Below are positions 1 to 8,666 of a DNA stretch of 64,000 nt, piece by piece; the first letter of the stretch is position 1, and every line of letters starts with the position of its first letter. The stretch is taken from contig SKGS01000031.1 in NCBI GenBank assembly GCA_007117355.1, forward strand, positions 24,542 to 88,541. Reading direction: 5' to 3'. Source of the stretch: Lishizhenia sp. GTDB lineage: Bacteria > Bacteroidota > Bacteroidia > Flavobacteriales_D > Crocinitomicaceae. The notes below the pieces were generated by a model, which saw only the letters and a program-made list of their open reading frames with translations, had not been told where the DNA came from and made no database searches. The position numbers were made by a program, and so were the translations under genes.

Positions 1-7
1 TAAATAA

Positions 8-42
8 GGCAGAGAAGCATTTAACGCTTTTCTGTCTTTTTT
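8..42 (+). terminator. putative intrinsic terminator of the gene ending just upstream of the window
   Basis: Stem ggcagagaagc (8-18) pairs with gcttttctgtc (26-36), allowing two G-U pairs. A T6 run follows (37-42). The window opens with TAA. Confidence 0.35.
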
Positions 43-55
43 GGTTAAGTTTAAA

Positions 56-1855
56 ATGGAAATAAGAAACATCGCAATTATTGCACACGTTGACCACGGT
101 AAGACTACTTTGGTGGACAGAATGATCGAATCAGGAGATCAATTTTCAGAAAGAGACCGTCAGAATGCTGGCGAGTTAATGATGGATAACAATGACCTTG
201 AAAGAGAAAGAGGAATTACCATTGTATCTAAAAACGTATCTGTAACGTATAAAGGAACAAAAATCAATATTATTGATACTCCTGGTCACGCCGATTTTGG
301 TGGAGAAGTGGAAAGGGTTCTTAATATGGCTGATGGAGTTTGTCTTCTTGTTGATGCTTTTGAAGGACCTATGCCACAAACGAGATTCGTTTTGCAAAAA
401 GCACTTTCAATGGGACTAAAACCATTGGTGGTTATCAATAAAGTAGATAAAGAAAATTGTACTCCTGACGAGGTACATGAAAAGGTGTTTGATTTAATGT
501 TTGAATTAGACGCTAACGAAGAACAGTTAGACTTTAAGTCAATTTATGGCTCTGCAAAGAATGGCTGGATGTCAGAAGATTGGAAAAAACCAACGAACTC
601 GATTGAGCCATTGTTAAGTGCTATTTTGGAGTATTTTCCTCCAGTTGAAATTCCTGAAGGGAATACACAAATGCTTATCACCTCTTTAGATTATTCCTCT
701 TTTGTTGGTCGAATTGGCATTGGAAGACTTACGCGTGGAACTTTAAAGCCAAACCAACAAATTATTCTTGCTAAAGCTGATGGTTCGCATGAGAAACACA
801 AAATTAAAGAGGTTTTTGTTTTCCAAGGAACAGATAGAATAAAGGTGGATCAAGTTCAACCGGGTGATATTTGTGCTGTTACTGGTTTAGAAGGTTTTGA
901 AATTGGAGATTCTATTTGTGATTTTGAACATCCTGAACCTTTGGCAACAATAGCAATTGATGAACCAACTATGAGTATGTTGTTTTCAATTAATGATTCA
1001 CCATTTTTTGGTCAAGAAGGAAAATTTGTTACTTCAAGACAAATTGACGAACGGCTAAGAAAGGAGTTAGAAAAGAATTTAGCTTTAAGAGTGGAGCAAA
1101 CGGATAAAGCAGATAAATGGATGGTTTTTGGCCGTGGTGTTTTGCATTTATCAGTTTTAATTGAAACAATGCGTAGAGAGGGATATGAACTTCAAGTTGG
1201 TCAACCACAGGTTATTATCAAAGAAATTGATGGTGTAAAATGTGAACCAGTTGAGGAATTAACGATTGATATCCCGGAAGTTCATTCTGGAACAGCTGTT
1301 GAAGCAGTTTCTAAGCGTAAAGGTGAAATGTTAAACATGGAAGCAAAAGGCGAACGAATGATTATTCAATTTAATATTCCTTCGAGAGGAATTATTGGAT
1401 TGAGAAACTTCTTGTTGACACAAACGGCAGGGGAGGCGATTATGTCGCATCGTTTCATAGAGTTCCAACCTTATAAAGGAGAAATTCCAGGACGTCAAAA
1501 TGGTTCTTTAATTTCCATGGAAAAAGGTACTGCCATTCCATATTCTTTAAATAACCTTCAAGATAGAGGTAGGTTCTTTGTTGACCCTAACGAACCAATT
1601 TATGAAGGACAGGTTATTGGGGAAAACTCAAGAGTAGGCGATTTGGTAGTGAACGTAACGAAAACGAAAAAGTTAACCAATATGCGTTCTTCAGGTGCAG
1701 ATGACAAAGTGCGTCTTGCTCCAGCTATCAAAATGTCTTTAGAAGAGGCGTTAGAATATATTCAATCGGATGAATACGTGGAAGTTACGCCGTCGTCTTT
1801 GCGAGTTCGTAAAATCTTATTAAAGGAAACAGACCGTAAAAGGGCAGGTAAGTAG
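56..1855 (+). CDS. typA: translational GTPase TypA/BipA
   Basis: G1 motif AHVDHGKTT, G3 DTPGHADF, G4 NKVD, with length and domain order typical of BipA. The track start at 41 is a TTG. The first ATG at 56 gives the canonical N-terminus MEIRNIAIIAHVDHGKTT. Confidence 0.95.
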   Translation: MEIRNIAIIAHVDHGKTTLVDRMIESGDQFSERDRQNAGELMMDNNDLERERGITIVSKNVSVTYKGTKINIIDTPGHADFGGEVERVLNMADGVCLLVDAFEGPMPQTRFVLQKALSMGLKPLVVINKVDKENCTPDEVHEKVFDLMFELDANEEQLDFKSIYGSAKNGWMSEDWKKPTNSIEPLLSAILEYFPPVEIPEGNTQMLITSLDYSSFVGRIGIGRLTRGTLKPNQQIILAKADGSHEKHKIKEVFVFQGTDRIKVDQVQPGDICAVTGLEGFEIGDSICDFEHPEPLATIAIDEPTMSMLFSINDSPFFGQEGKFVTSRQIDERLRKELEKNLALRVEQTDKADKWMVFGRGVLHLSVLIETMRREGYELQVGQPQVIIKEIDGVKCEPVEELTIDIPEVHSGTAVEAVSKRKGEMLNMEAKGERMIIQFNIPSRGIIGLRNFLLTQTAGEAIMSHRFIEFQPYKGEIPGRQNGSLISMEKGTAIPYSLNNLQDRGRFFVDPNEPIYEGQVIGENSRVGDLVVNVTKTKKLTNMRSSGADDKVRLAPAIKMSLEEALEYIQSDEYVEVTPSSLRVRKILLKETDRKRAGK

Positions 1856-1890
1856 TTGCACTTTTCTGAATAGATTTTTGTAAATAATAA

Positions 1891-1926
1891 TAGGGCTTCA
1901 CGTTTGAGGAAGTCCTATTTTTTTAT
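1891..1926 (+). terminator. intrinsic terminator after typA
   Basis: tagggcttc / gaagtccta stem (one mismatch) followed by a T-run (tattttttt). Confidence 0.5.
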
Positions 1927-2052
1927 TCATTTAAAAGGAATTAGAAGCGGAATAAGCAAAAATATAAAATGTTACATTTCATTTACGTCAAAATGTTGTC
2001 GTTTTTAAGCAAAATAAGGAGACCTATTAAAGAGTTAATTCCATACAATTAT

Positions 2053-2060
2053 TAATTTTG
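2053..2060 (+). promoter_or_regulatory. Bacteroidetes-type -7 promoter box (TAatTTTG) for lpdA
   Basis: Exact match to the established TAnnTTTG -7 consensus, 20 nt upstream of the lpdA ATG. Confidence 0.45.
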
Positions 2061-2080
2061 TAATAACAGAAAATGTAATC

Positions 2081-3484
2081 ATGAGTAAATACGATGTTAT
2101 TTTTATAGGTTCAGGTCCTGGTGGGTATGTTGGAGCAATTCGAACAGCCCAGTTGGGAATGAAAACAGCAATTATTGAAAAATACGATACCTTAGGAGGA
2201 ACGTGTCTAAACGTTGGATGTATTCCATCGAAAGCACTACTTGATTCCTCGGAGCATTATCACAATGCTGCTCATTCATTTCAAGAACATGGTATCGAAT
2301 TATCCAATCTTTCGGCAGATATTGACCAAATGATTGCTAGAAAGGATAAAGTGGTTGAACAAACTTGTCAAGGTGTAAAATTCTTGATGGATAAAAATAA
2401 TATTGATGTGCACCATGGTATTGGTTCATTTGTTGATAAAAACACAGTGAAAGTTACCGATTCTGAAGGAAAAGAAACAACTTTAGAAGGAAAGCATATT
2501 GTTATTGCAACAGGTTCTAAACCAAATTATTTCCCTGGAATGGAGCCAGATAAAGATAGAATAATTACCTCCACAGAAGCATTGGCGTTGAAGGAGATTC
2601 CTAAGCGAATGATAGTAATAGGTGGCGGTGTAATTGGTCTTGAACTTGGCTCTGTTTACGCTCGACTTGGAACACAGGTTGAAGTAGTGGAATTTGCCTC
2701 TTCTATTATTCCTACCATGGATGGAACAATGGGAAAAGAACTGATGAAAGTACTTAAGAAGCTCAAGATTAAATTTAATATGGAGCACCGTGTTCAAAAA
2801 GTTGAAAACACTGGTAAAGGAGTTAAAGTGACTGCTTTGAACAAAAAAGACGAGGAGGTTTCATTTGAAGCAGATTATTGTCTAGTTTCTGTAGGTAGAA
2901 AACCCTACACGGAAGGACTTGGTTTAGAGAATGTAGGTATTCAATTAACTGATCGTGGACAAATAAATGTAGATGATAACCTTCATACTGGCGTAGGAAA
3001 TATCTATGCAATTGGTGATGTTGTTAGAGGAGCAATGCTCGCTCACAAAGCAGAAGAGGAAGGGGTTTTTGTTGCTGAAAAAATTGCTGGACAAATACCT
3101 CATATAAACTATAATTTGATACCCGGTGTTGTTTACACTTGGCCTGAAGTAGCATCTGTAGGTAAAACGGAAGAGCAACTAAAAGAAGAGGGAAGAGCAA
3201 TTAAAGTAGGTTCGTTCCCAATTAAGGCATTAGGAAGAGCACGAGCTTCTATGGATATTCAAGGCTTGGTGAAAATTATTGCCGATAAAGAAACAGATGA
3301 AATTCTTGGAATGCACATAATTGGTGCTAGAGCAGCAGATTTAATAATGGAAGGTGTGGTTGCTATGGAATATAGAGCGTCGGCAGAAGATATTGCGCGA
3401 ATCTCTCACCCTCATCCAACATATTCTGAAGCTGTAAAAGAAGCCGCTATGGCAGCAACGGAGGACAGAGCAATGCATATTTAG
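2081..3484 (+). CDS. lpdA: dihydrolipoyl dehydrogenase (E3 component)
   Basis: FAD-binding GSGPGGY, redox-active disulfide CLNVGCIPSK, NAD Rossmann GGGVIGLE, and C-terminal HPHPTYSE interface motif. 467 aa. Confidence 0.95.
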   Translation: MSKYDVIFIGSGPGGYVGAIRTAQLGMKTAIIEKYDTLGGTCLNVGCIPSKALLDSSEHYHNAAHSFQEHGIELSNLSADIDQMIARKDKVVEQTCQGVKFLMDKNNIDVHHGIGSFVDKNTVKVTDSEGKETTLEGKHIVIATGSKPNYFPGMEPDKDRIITSTEALALKEIPKRMIVIGGGVIGLELGSVYARLGTQVEVVEFASSIIPTMDGTMGKELMKVLKKLKIKFNMEHRVQKVENTGKGVKVTALNKKDEEVSFEADYCLVSVGRKPYTEGLGLENVGIQLTDRGQINVDDNLHTGVGNIYAIGDVVRGAMLAHKAEEEGVFVAEKIAGQIPHINYNLIPGVVYTWPEVASVGKTEEQLKEEGRAIKVGSFPIKALGRARASMDIQGLVKIIADKETDEILGMHIIGARAADLIMEGVVAMEYRASAEDIARISHPHPTYSEAVKEAAMAATEDRAMHI

Positions 3485-3523
3485 CAATTAGTTTTAAAGT
3501 ATTGAAATACAAACTCATATTTA

Positions 3524-3557
3524 GAAGAGGTGTCTATTTAGACGCCTCTTTTTTTTA
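3524..3557 (+). terminator. intrinsic terminator after lpdA
   Basis: aagaggtgtc / gacgcctctt 10-bp stem (one G-U pair) followed by a T8 run. Confidence 0.6.
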
Positions 3558-3641
3558 TGCTGTATCACATCTTTATCAAGCCAGTCGAGGTAATGCTTGT
3601 TCTCATTTCTCGAAATAACAAAATTTCAGTATTTTTAAGTC

Positions 3642-4652
3642 ATGAAATTAAAACTATTACTATTTTCTTTGAGCACCATTCCTTTTATCGTAAATGCTCA
3701 AGACACATTTTCTATTGTTGCTTTAGATTCAGCCACGCGACAAGTTGGAAGTGCTGGAGCTTCATGTGTTGATTTAGCTAATTTTGGTATTAATGACGCT
3801 GGCTTTTTAGGTGAACTATTTCCAGATTCTGCTGCGATTAATTCACAAGCGGCATATCTAGAAGCTAATCAAACCAATGCAAGAACACGAATCCGTTTGG
3901 GGGATTCACCTCAAGAAGTTATTGATTGGTTAGTGAATAACGATGTTCAAAATCAACCACAAACTAGGCAGTATGGAATTGTAGGATTTCTTGGAAATCA
4001 AATTGAAGCCGCTGCGCATACAGGCATAAGCACAATGGGGTATTCAAATCATATCACAGGAAATAAAGACGGTTTATATTATTCCATCCAAGGAAATATT
4101 TTACTAGGACAGGAGATTTTAGACGACATGGAAAACAATTTCATAAACACAGAGGGAGATTTAGCTTGTAAGCTTATGGCTGCAATGCAAGGAGCAAATG
4201 TTGTTGGTGCAGATACACGATGCGCTCCAAATGCTACTTCATCTTTATTTGCGTTTTTAAAGGTTTCCGAACCTAGCGATTTATATGGTTCACCAAGTTT
4301 CAATATTAGTGTAATTACGCAAAATAATCAGAATATTGAGCCGATTGACTCTTTACAAGTCCTTTTCAATTTGAATGGAAGTTGTTCCACTGCAAGTTTG
4401 TCTAATGAAGATTCTACAAATTTGTTTTCGATAAAACCAAATCCAGTGAACGATAGGTTAGAGGTTATTCTAAATCACGAAAATACTAATCAAAAATGGT
4501 ATTATTCTATCCAGGATATAACAGGAAAAATTATTTTTAACGGAGAATTGAACCAAGAGATTGATGTCTCAACTTTAAGCCATGGCGTTTATCATTTGTT
4601 TCTTTACGGTAAAAATCATCAATCGCTACAAGTGAAATTCGTGAAGCGCTGA
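3642..4652 (+). CDS. secreted DUF1028-like (Ntn-hydrolase fold) protein with T9SS type A C-terminal sorting domain
   Basis: Signal peptide, then TFSIVALDSATRQVGSAGAS, which resembles the DUF1028 N-terminal nucleophile segment, plus RQYGIV and GADTRC segments. The last ~75 aa (KPNPVNDRLEV...GVYHLFL...VKFVKR) look like a Por/T9SS type A C-terminal domain. Confidence 0.6.
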   Translation: MKLKLLLFSLSTIPFIVNAQDTFSIVALDSATRQVGSAGASCVDLANFGINDAGFLGELFPDSAAINSQAAYLEANQTNARTRIRLGDSPQEVIDWLVNNDVQNQPQTRQYGIVGFLGNQIEAAAHTGISTMGYSNHITGNKDGLYYSIQGNILLGQEILDDMENNFINTEGDLACKLMAAMQGANVVGADTRCAPNATSSLFAFLKVSEPSDLYGSPSFNISVITQNNQNIEPIDSLQVLFNLNGSCSTASLSNEDSTNLFSIKPNPVNDRLEVILNHENTNQKWYYSIQDITGKIIFNGELNQEIDVSTLSHGVYHLFLYGKNHQSLQVKFVKR

Positions 4653-4671
4653 TAATATTTTCTCAGTAATT

Positions 4672-4708
4672 AAAAAAGGGGGGCGTTATTATTACGCCCC
4701 CCTTTTTT
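4672..4708. terminator. bidirectional intrinsic terminator between convergent genes
   Basis: ggggggcg (4678-4685) pairs with cgcccccc (4695-4702), with an A6 run before and a T6 run after. Confidence 0.7.
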
Positions 4709-4733
4709 GGTTTTTAAACTATTGTTTAAACGA

Positions 4734-7700
4734 CTATTGTTGAACGCTTACTTTACTCGAATAAAGAGTTTTACCTGAAACGTCTTGAACAGCATAAATG
4801 TAAAGCCCATTCGATAAGTTATTCACTTCAATTGTTGTTTCAGATCCTTTAATTTCAGATTGATGCACTTGCTTGCCTGTTGCGTCAAGAAGCACCAAGT
4901 ATTTCGCTTCATTTACAGGGATAAAGAAGTTTAACAACTCAGACGCTGGATTTGGAAACACTTTAATTCCTAAATCTTTTGACTGTTCTAAAGTTCCAAC
5001 AGAGTTGATAGTAATATTTTGACAAGTTACGTCATCTTCACAAACTCCAAAAACGGTCAAGCAAACGGTATAAGTGCCATTTTCTTCATACGTATGTGTA
5101 GCGTTAACAGAACTTGCTGAATTGCCATCACCGAAATCCCAAGAGTAAGTAATTCCACCGTTACTATTATTTACTAAATTGATAGTCACTTCATTTTGAT
5201 TTAAGTTGAAACTTGCGTTAACTTCATCAGGTTCGCTAATTAATTCAAAGGTTTGTACTATTGAACATCCATTCTCATCTGTAGCAGTAACTTCATATTC
5301 TCCAATGCCAATACCAGTCCACTCGCTAGAAGAAGGACCATTTGTCCACTGATAAGTTATTCCATTTCCACCTGATGCAGTAGCAGTGATACTACCATCT
5401 TCTGTATCTGGACAACTTGGGTCTGAAATAGAAGCTTCGATAGATAACACCACCTCTGAATCAATTGTATAAGATGCTTGTGCTGAACATCCACTCTCGT
5501 CTGTTGCCGTAACAATGTAATTTCCTGGTGCAAGGTCAGTTAAACTTGCACCTGTGTTTCCTCCAATCCAAGCGTAAGAAATGTTCGCTCCTCCTGCTGC
5601 TTCGACTTCTATGGAGCCATTAGCAATGGCAGCACAACTAGCGTCTTGTTTTTCTACAAGATTTATTTCAATACCATCACCTTGCAATAAAGCAACATGA
5701 ATCGTAGTGTCACATTCATTTTCATTGGTGATAACAACGGAGTAGTTACCAGCAGCCAGACCACTATTGATAGATGCGTTTGTAGTATTATTGCTCCAAT
5801 TGAACACATATGTTTCATTGTCATCAGCATCAAATACTAACTCAATTTCTCCATTAAAAATATTAGAACAACTTGGGTCAGTTTTCGCCACATCAACATC
5901 AAATCCACAAATCTCATCGCTTAGAATTTCTAAACAATAATCTTCTACTTCTCCAGATGTAAAGTCCTCACAAACCTCAGGGAAGTCTGATGAACTAACT
6001 CCTTGATAAGCCATTACTACACGCATGCCAGTTGAACCAACTTCTGCACTTGACGGAATAACTAAATCTCCATTTATTTCCTCTGTTGTTATAGCCGAAG
6101 TAAACATGAGTTCATCCTCTGAGAATGTACCATCGTGGTTTAAGTCAATCCAAATTTGAGCAGCATAAGGAATTGGATTTCCATCAAAACCGGGTTCAAT
6201 TGTGAACGCTAACGTTTCGTCTTTTTCCGCTTGGAAAGTAACCTCAGAGGCTAAATAGCCATTATTATTTCCTGTCTCAGCGGTTTGACCATCAAAAGTA
6301 AAGCTCTCGATGAATTCAATCTGATTACCAATAATAGAATGTATGGTATTTTCCTCTTCCAATGCAGAAATGATGTTGTTTCCTTGTGCTTGTGTAATCA
6401 TGATTGCTGGAATTACTACATCAGGGTCGTTCCCCCCCATATCAATCATATTTCCGGCATTATTGACAATGATAATACCTATTGCTCCAGCATTTTGAGC
6501 GTTCATAGCTTTAATTGTAAAATTACAAGAACCTCTTCTAGCGACTGCAATTTTACCTTCAACGTCATTTATTAATGGATCACATCCTTCATCTCCGTTA
6601 GCTGTTCCATCATCAACCAAAACTAATTCTCCGTAAACGTAACCATCACCAACAGTTGCCCCCCAACCAGTTGTAGGTCTGTATCCTGTAAATGGTCCTT
6701 CAATAAATTCTGGTGCAAGAACACCAACAAATAAGCCGGGATTTGAAACCATTACTTCACAATACGCTTCCTCAATGCAGCCTTCACAACCAGAAGTAGT
6801 AAATGAAACTACTGGACTTGGCTGACTTACTTCAAAAGGACAAACAACTTCTAAGTAAAATTCGTAATCTGTACATGAATTTAAATTTGATATTGCAATG
6901 GAGTTATCAGAAGTAAAAATTGTATTCCACTGAGAAAATCCAACTTCTCTGTAATAAAGGTTATAACTTTCCGCTTCTTCATTTTCAGAGAATGTAATCA
7001 AACTCGAATGATCCTCAATTTCTGTAACGGACAAATCACTTGGTGTTGAACAAGCACTACAAGTTTCTTCCATGAGGAGGTCAATAGAAGTTTTGGCATT
7101 CAATCGGCCACCAGTTATAAAATTCCCAACTAGAGCAGGTCGCTCATCAGTCCCATCCATTAAGGCATGAAAAACTAAATCAGCTCCAAGTTGCGGGTCA
7201 TTTAATACTGTTGCCATGAAATTAGGACAAGGAATAGAATACATTAGCGCAATAACTCCAGCAGTTAATGGACTAGCAAAGGAAGTTCCGGTTGTTGTTG
7301 TATAACCATTATTATTTGCTGTTGTTCTTACGTCGATACCCGGTGCAGCAAAGTTGATGGTTGTTGCTCCATAACCTCCTGCGAAATTATCATTTCTATC
7401 TGATCGACCTACGCCAACCATGTATTGACTGCTGCACGCGGTTGGCATATCACCATTTGTATCAACGTTGATATTTCCATTTGTTGTTGCACCGCAATTC
7501 AAAATACCATGTTTTCCGAGCGTGTCATAAAAAGCACACCAAATTGGATAGTTATTTGGGTTAGCATTATCTACGCCCCATGATGCATTTGTAGAAACAA
7601 CAAACGCTCCAGCTTCTCCATTTGTTTCATTATATATTTTACGTTGTACTAATGGGTATTCATAAGCTGATACAACAGATGCCTCGGAGTTTGCGCTATA

Positions 7701-8474
7701 TCCAGTAACGTTCATCATTTTTACGTCCCAATTTGCTCCTGCGACACCTACACCATTGTTTCCAATAGCTCCAATCATACCAGCAACGTTGGTACCGTGA
7801 CCAGAACCTCCTGTTGGCAAGTTTCCTGAATTATTTCCAACATTCCATCCGTTGATATCGTCAATGTATCCATTACCATCATCATCAATTCCATTTCCTG
7901 GGATTTCAGCCGTGTTAACCCATTGATTTGCCAATAAATCGTCATGGTTAAAATTTACTGGTTCTAAGATACAAACTACAATATCATGACCTAAAGCGTT
8001 TTTTCCGCCCGTTGTAATATCCCAAGCTTCAGTGGTTTTGATATCTGCTCCAGTTGTTCCTCCATTTTGTCCTGTGTTTTTGTGATGCCATTGATTTCCA
8101 AACTGTGGATCATCTGGCTCAACAGCACGAATTTCTACAACGTGATTATTTTGAGCGATTGTAACTTCATCAAAATCATATAGCATTTTAATTGCCTCCA
8201 TTTGACCAAGTGTTGTAGGGTCAAATTCAATTAACCAAGCTCGCATCGTTTGCGCTAATAAACGATTTACTTTAAAATTAAATTCACTTGGTAGGGTTTT
8301 AACTAATTGCTCAACATCCACATTCGGTTTTACTTGAATAATTAAATGACCTGGGATGAAGGGTTCTTCCATTGGAGATCTCATTTGACCAAAAGAAGAA
8401 GAGGTGTAAATGAGAAAAGTTAAAATAGTTAAGATACTAGCTTTTAGTGAAAAAGCTTTTTTCCGTTTTTCCAT
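4734..8474 (-). CDS. multidomain secreted subtilisin-like (S8) serine peptidase, T9SS cargo
   Basis: S8 motifs HGTNVAGMIG (His) and GTSFASPLTAGV (Ser). A PA-like insert (AVARRGSCNF...KAMNAQNAGA), a literal GEVED motif (TSGEVEDYCLEI), several SprB-type repeats, a PKD domain (YSWDFGDGN) and a type A T9SS C-terminal domain. The likely start is the ATG at 8474 (MEKRKKAFSL... signal peptide), because a TAagTTTG box overlaps the track start at 8519. Confidence 0.85.
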   Translation of the reverse strand: MEKRKKAFSLKASILTILTFLIYTSSSFGQMRSPMEEPFIPGHLIIQVKPNVDVEQLVKTLPSEFNFKVNRLLAQTMRAWLIEFDPTTLGQMEAIKMLYDFDEVTIAQNNHVVEIRAVEPDDPQFGNQWHHKNTGQNGGTTGADIKTTEAWDITTGGKNALGHDIVVCILEPVNFNHDDLLANQWVNTAEIPGNGIDDDGNGYIDDINGWNVGNNSGNLPTGGSGHGTNVAGMIGAIGNNGVGVAGANWDVKMMNVTGYSANSEASVVSAYEYPLVQRKIYNETNGEAGAFVVSTNASWGVDNANPNNYPIWCAFYDTLGKHGILNCGATTNGNINVDTNGDMPTACSSQYMVGVGRSDRNDNFAGGYGATTINFAAPGIDVRTTANNNGYTTTTGTSFASPLTAGVIALMYSIPCPNFMATVLNDPQLGADLVFHALMDGTDERPALVGNFITGGRLNAKTSIDLLMEETCSACSTPSDLSVTEIEDHSSLITFSENEEAESYNLYYREVGFSQWNTIFTSDNSIAISNLNSCTDYEFYLEVVCPFEVSQPSPVVSFTTSGCEGCIEEAYCEVMVSNPGLFVGVLAPEFIEGPFTGYRPTTGWGATVGDGYVYGELVLVDDGTANGDEGCDPLINDVEGKIAVARRGSCNFTIKAMNAQNAGAIGIIIVNNAGNMIDMGGNDPDVVIPAIMITQAQGNNIISALEEENTIHSIIGNQIEFIESFTFDGQTAETGNNNGYLASEVTFQAEKDETLAFTIEPGFDGNPIPYAAQIWIDLNHDGTFSEDELMFTSAITTEEINGDLVIPSSAEVGSTGMRVVMAYQGVSSSDFPEVCEDFTSGEVEDYCLEILSDEICGFDVDVAKTDPSCSNIFNGEIELVFDADDNETYVFNWSNNTTNASINSGLAAGNYSVVITNENECDTTIHVALLQGDGIEINLVEKQDASCAAIANGSIEVEAAGGANISYAWIGGNTGASLTDLAPGNYIVTATDESGCSAQASYTIDSEVVLSIEASISDPSCPDTEDGSITATASGGNGITYQWTNGPSSSEWTGIGIGEYEVTATDENGCSIVQTFELISEPDEVNASFNLNQNEVTINLVNNSNGGITYSWDFGDGNSASSVNATHTYEENGTYTVCLTVFGVCEDDVTCQNITINSVGTLEQSKDLGIKVFPNPASELLNFFIPVNEAKYLVLLDATGKQVHQSEIKGSETTIEVNNLSNGLYIYAVQDVSGKTLYSSKVSVQQ

Positions 8475-8516
8475 AGTTGTTTTGTGTTTTGCATTGGGCT
8501 CACAATTTAGGAAATT

Positions 8517-8524
8517 CAAACTTA
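8517..8524 (-). promoter_or_regulatory. -7 promoter box (TAagTTTG) for the S8 peptidase gene
   Basis: The reverse complement of caaactta matches TAnnTTTG and lies 42 nt upstream of the ATG at 8474. Confidence 0.4.
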
Positions 8525-8603
8525 AAACTTGAAAAAAAATATGTGAACGGTTGAAAAGCTCTACTATATTGTCAACTGTAGGACGATATTAAAAATACTC
8601 AAA

Positions 8604-8636
8604 ATAAAAAACGGGAACAAATGCTCCCGTTTTTTC
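8604..8636 (-). terminator. intrinsic terminator after pruA
   Basis: acgggaac / gctcccgt stem flanked by an A-run and a T-run, so it could work in either direction. It lies 30 nt past the pruA stop. Confidence 0.55.
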
Positions 8637-8666
8637 TATTATTAAGGATTTTTATATTCTTACTTC

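Noticed and set aside
41-55. TTG/GTG-initiated N-terminal extensions in the ORF track (typA 41, S8 8519, XRE 29015, pyc 31930, hutU 37233, fabF 52474, mazG 59835, sbcD 59887 and others)
   Set aside because: In each case an internal ATG restores the family-typical N-terminus or signal peptide. In several cases (S8, XRE, hutU) a TAnnTTTG promoter box lies inside the extension.
2483-3178. Three overlapping minus-strand ORFs (104, 62 and 77 aa) inside lpdA
   Set aside because: They are antisense shadow ORFs within a gene that has complete FAD/NAD and disulfide motifs. Their translations are Cys/Phe/Asn-rich nonsense.
6285-6575. 96-aa plus-strand ORF inside the S8 peptidase gene
   Set aside because: It is antisense to a continuous 1246-codon gene with clear domain structure, and it has no start context or motifs.
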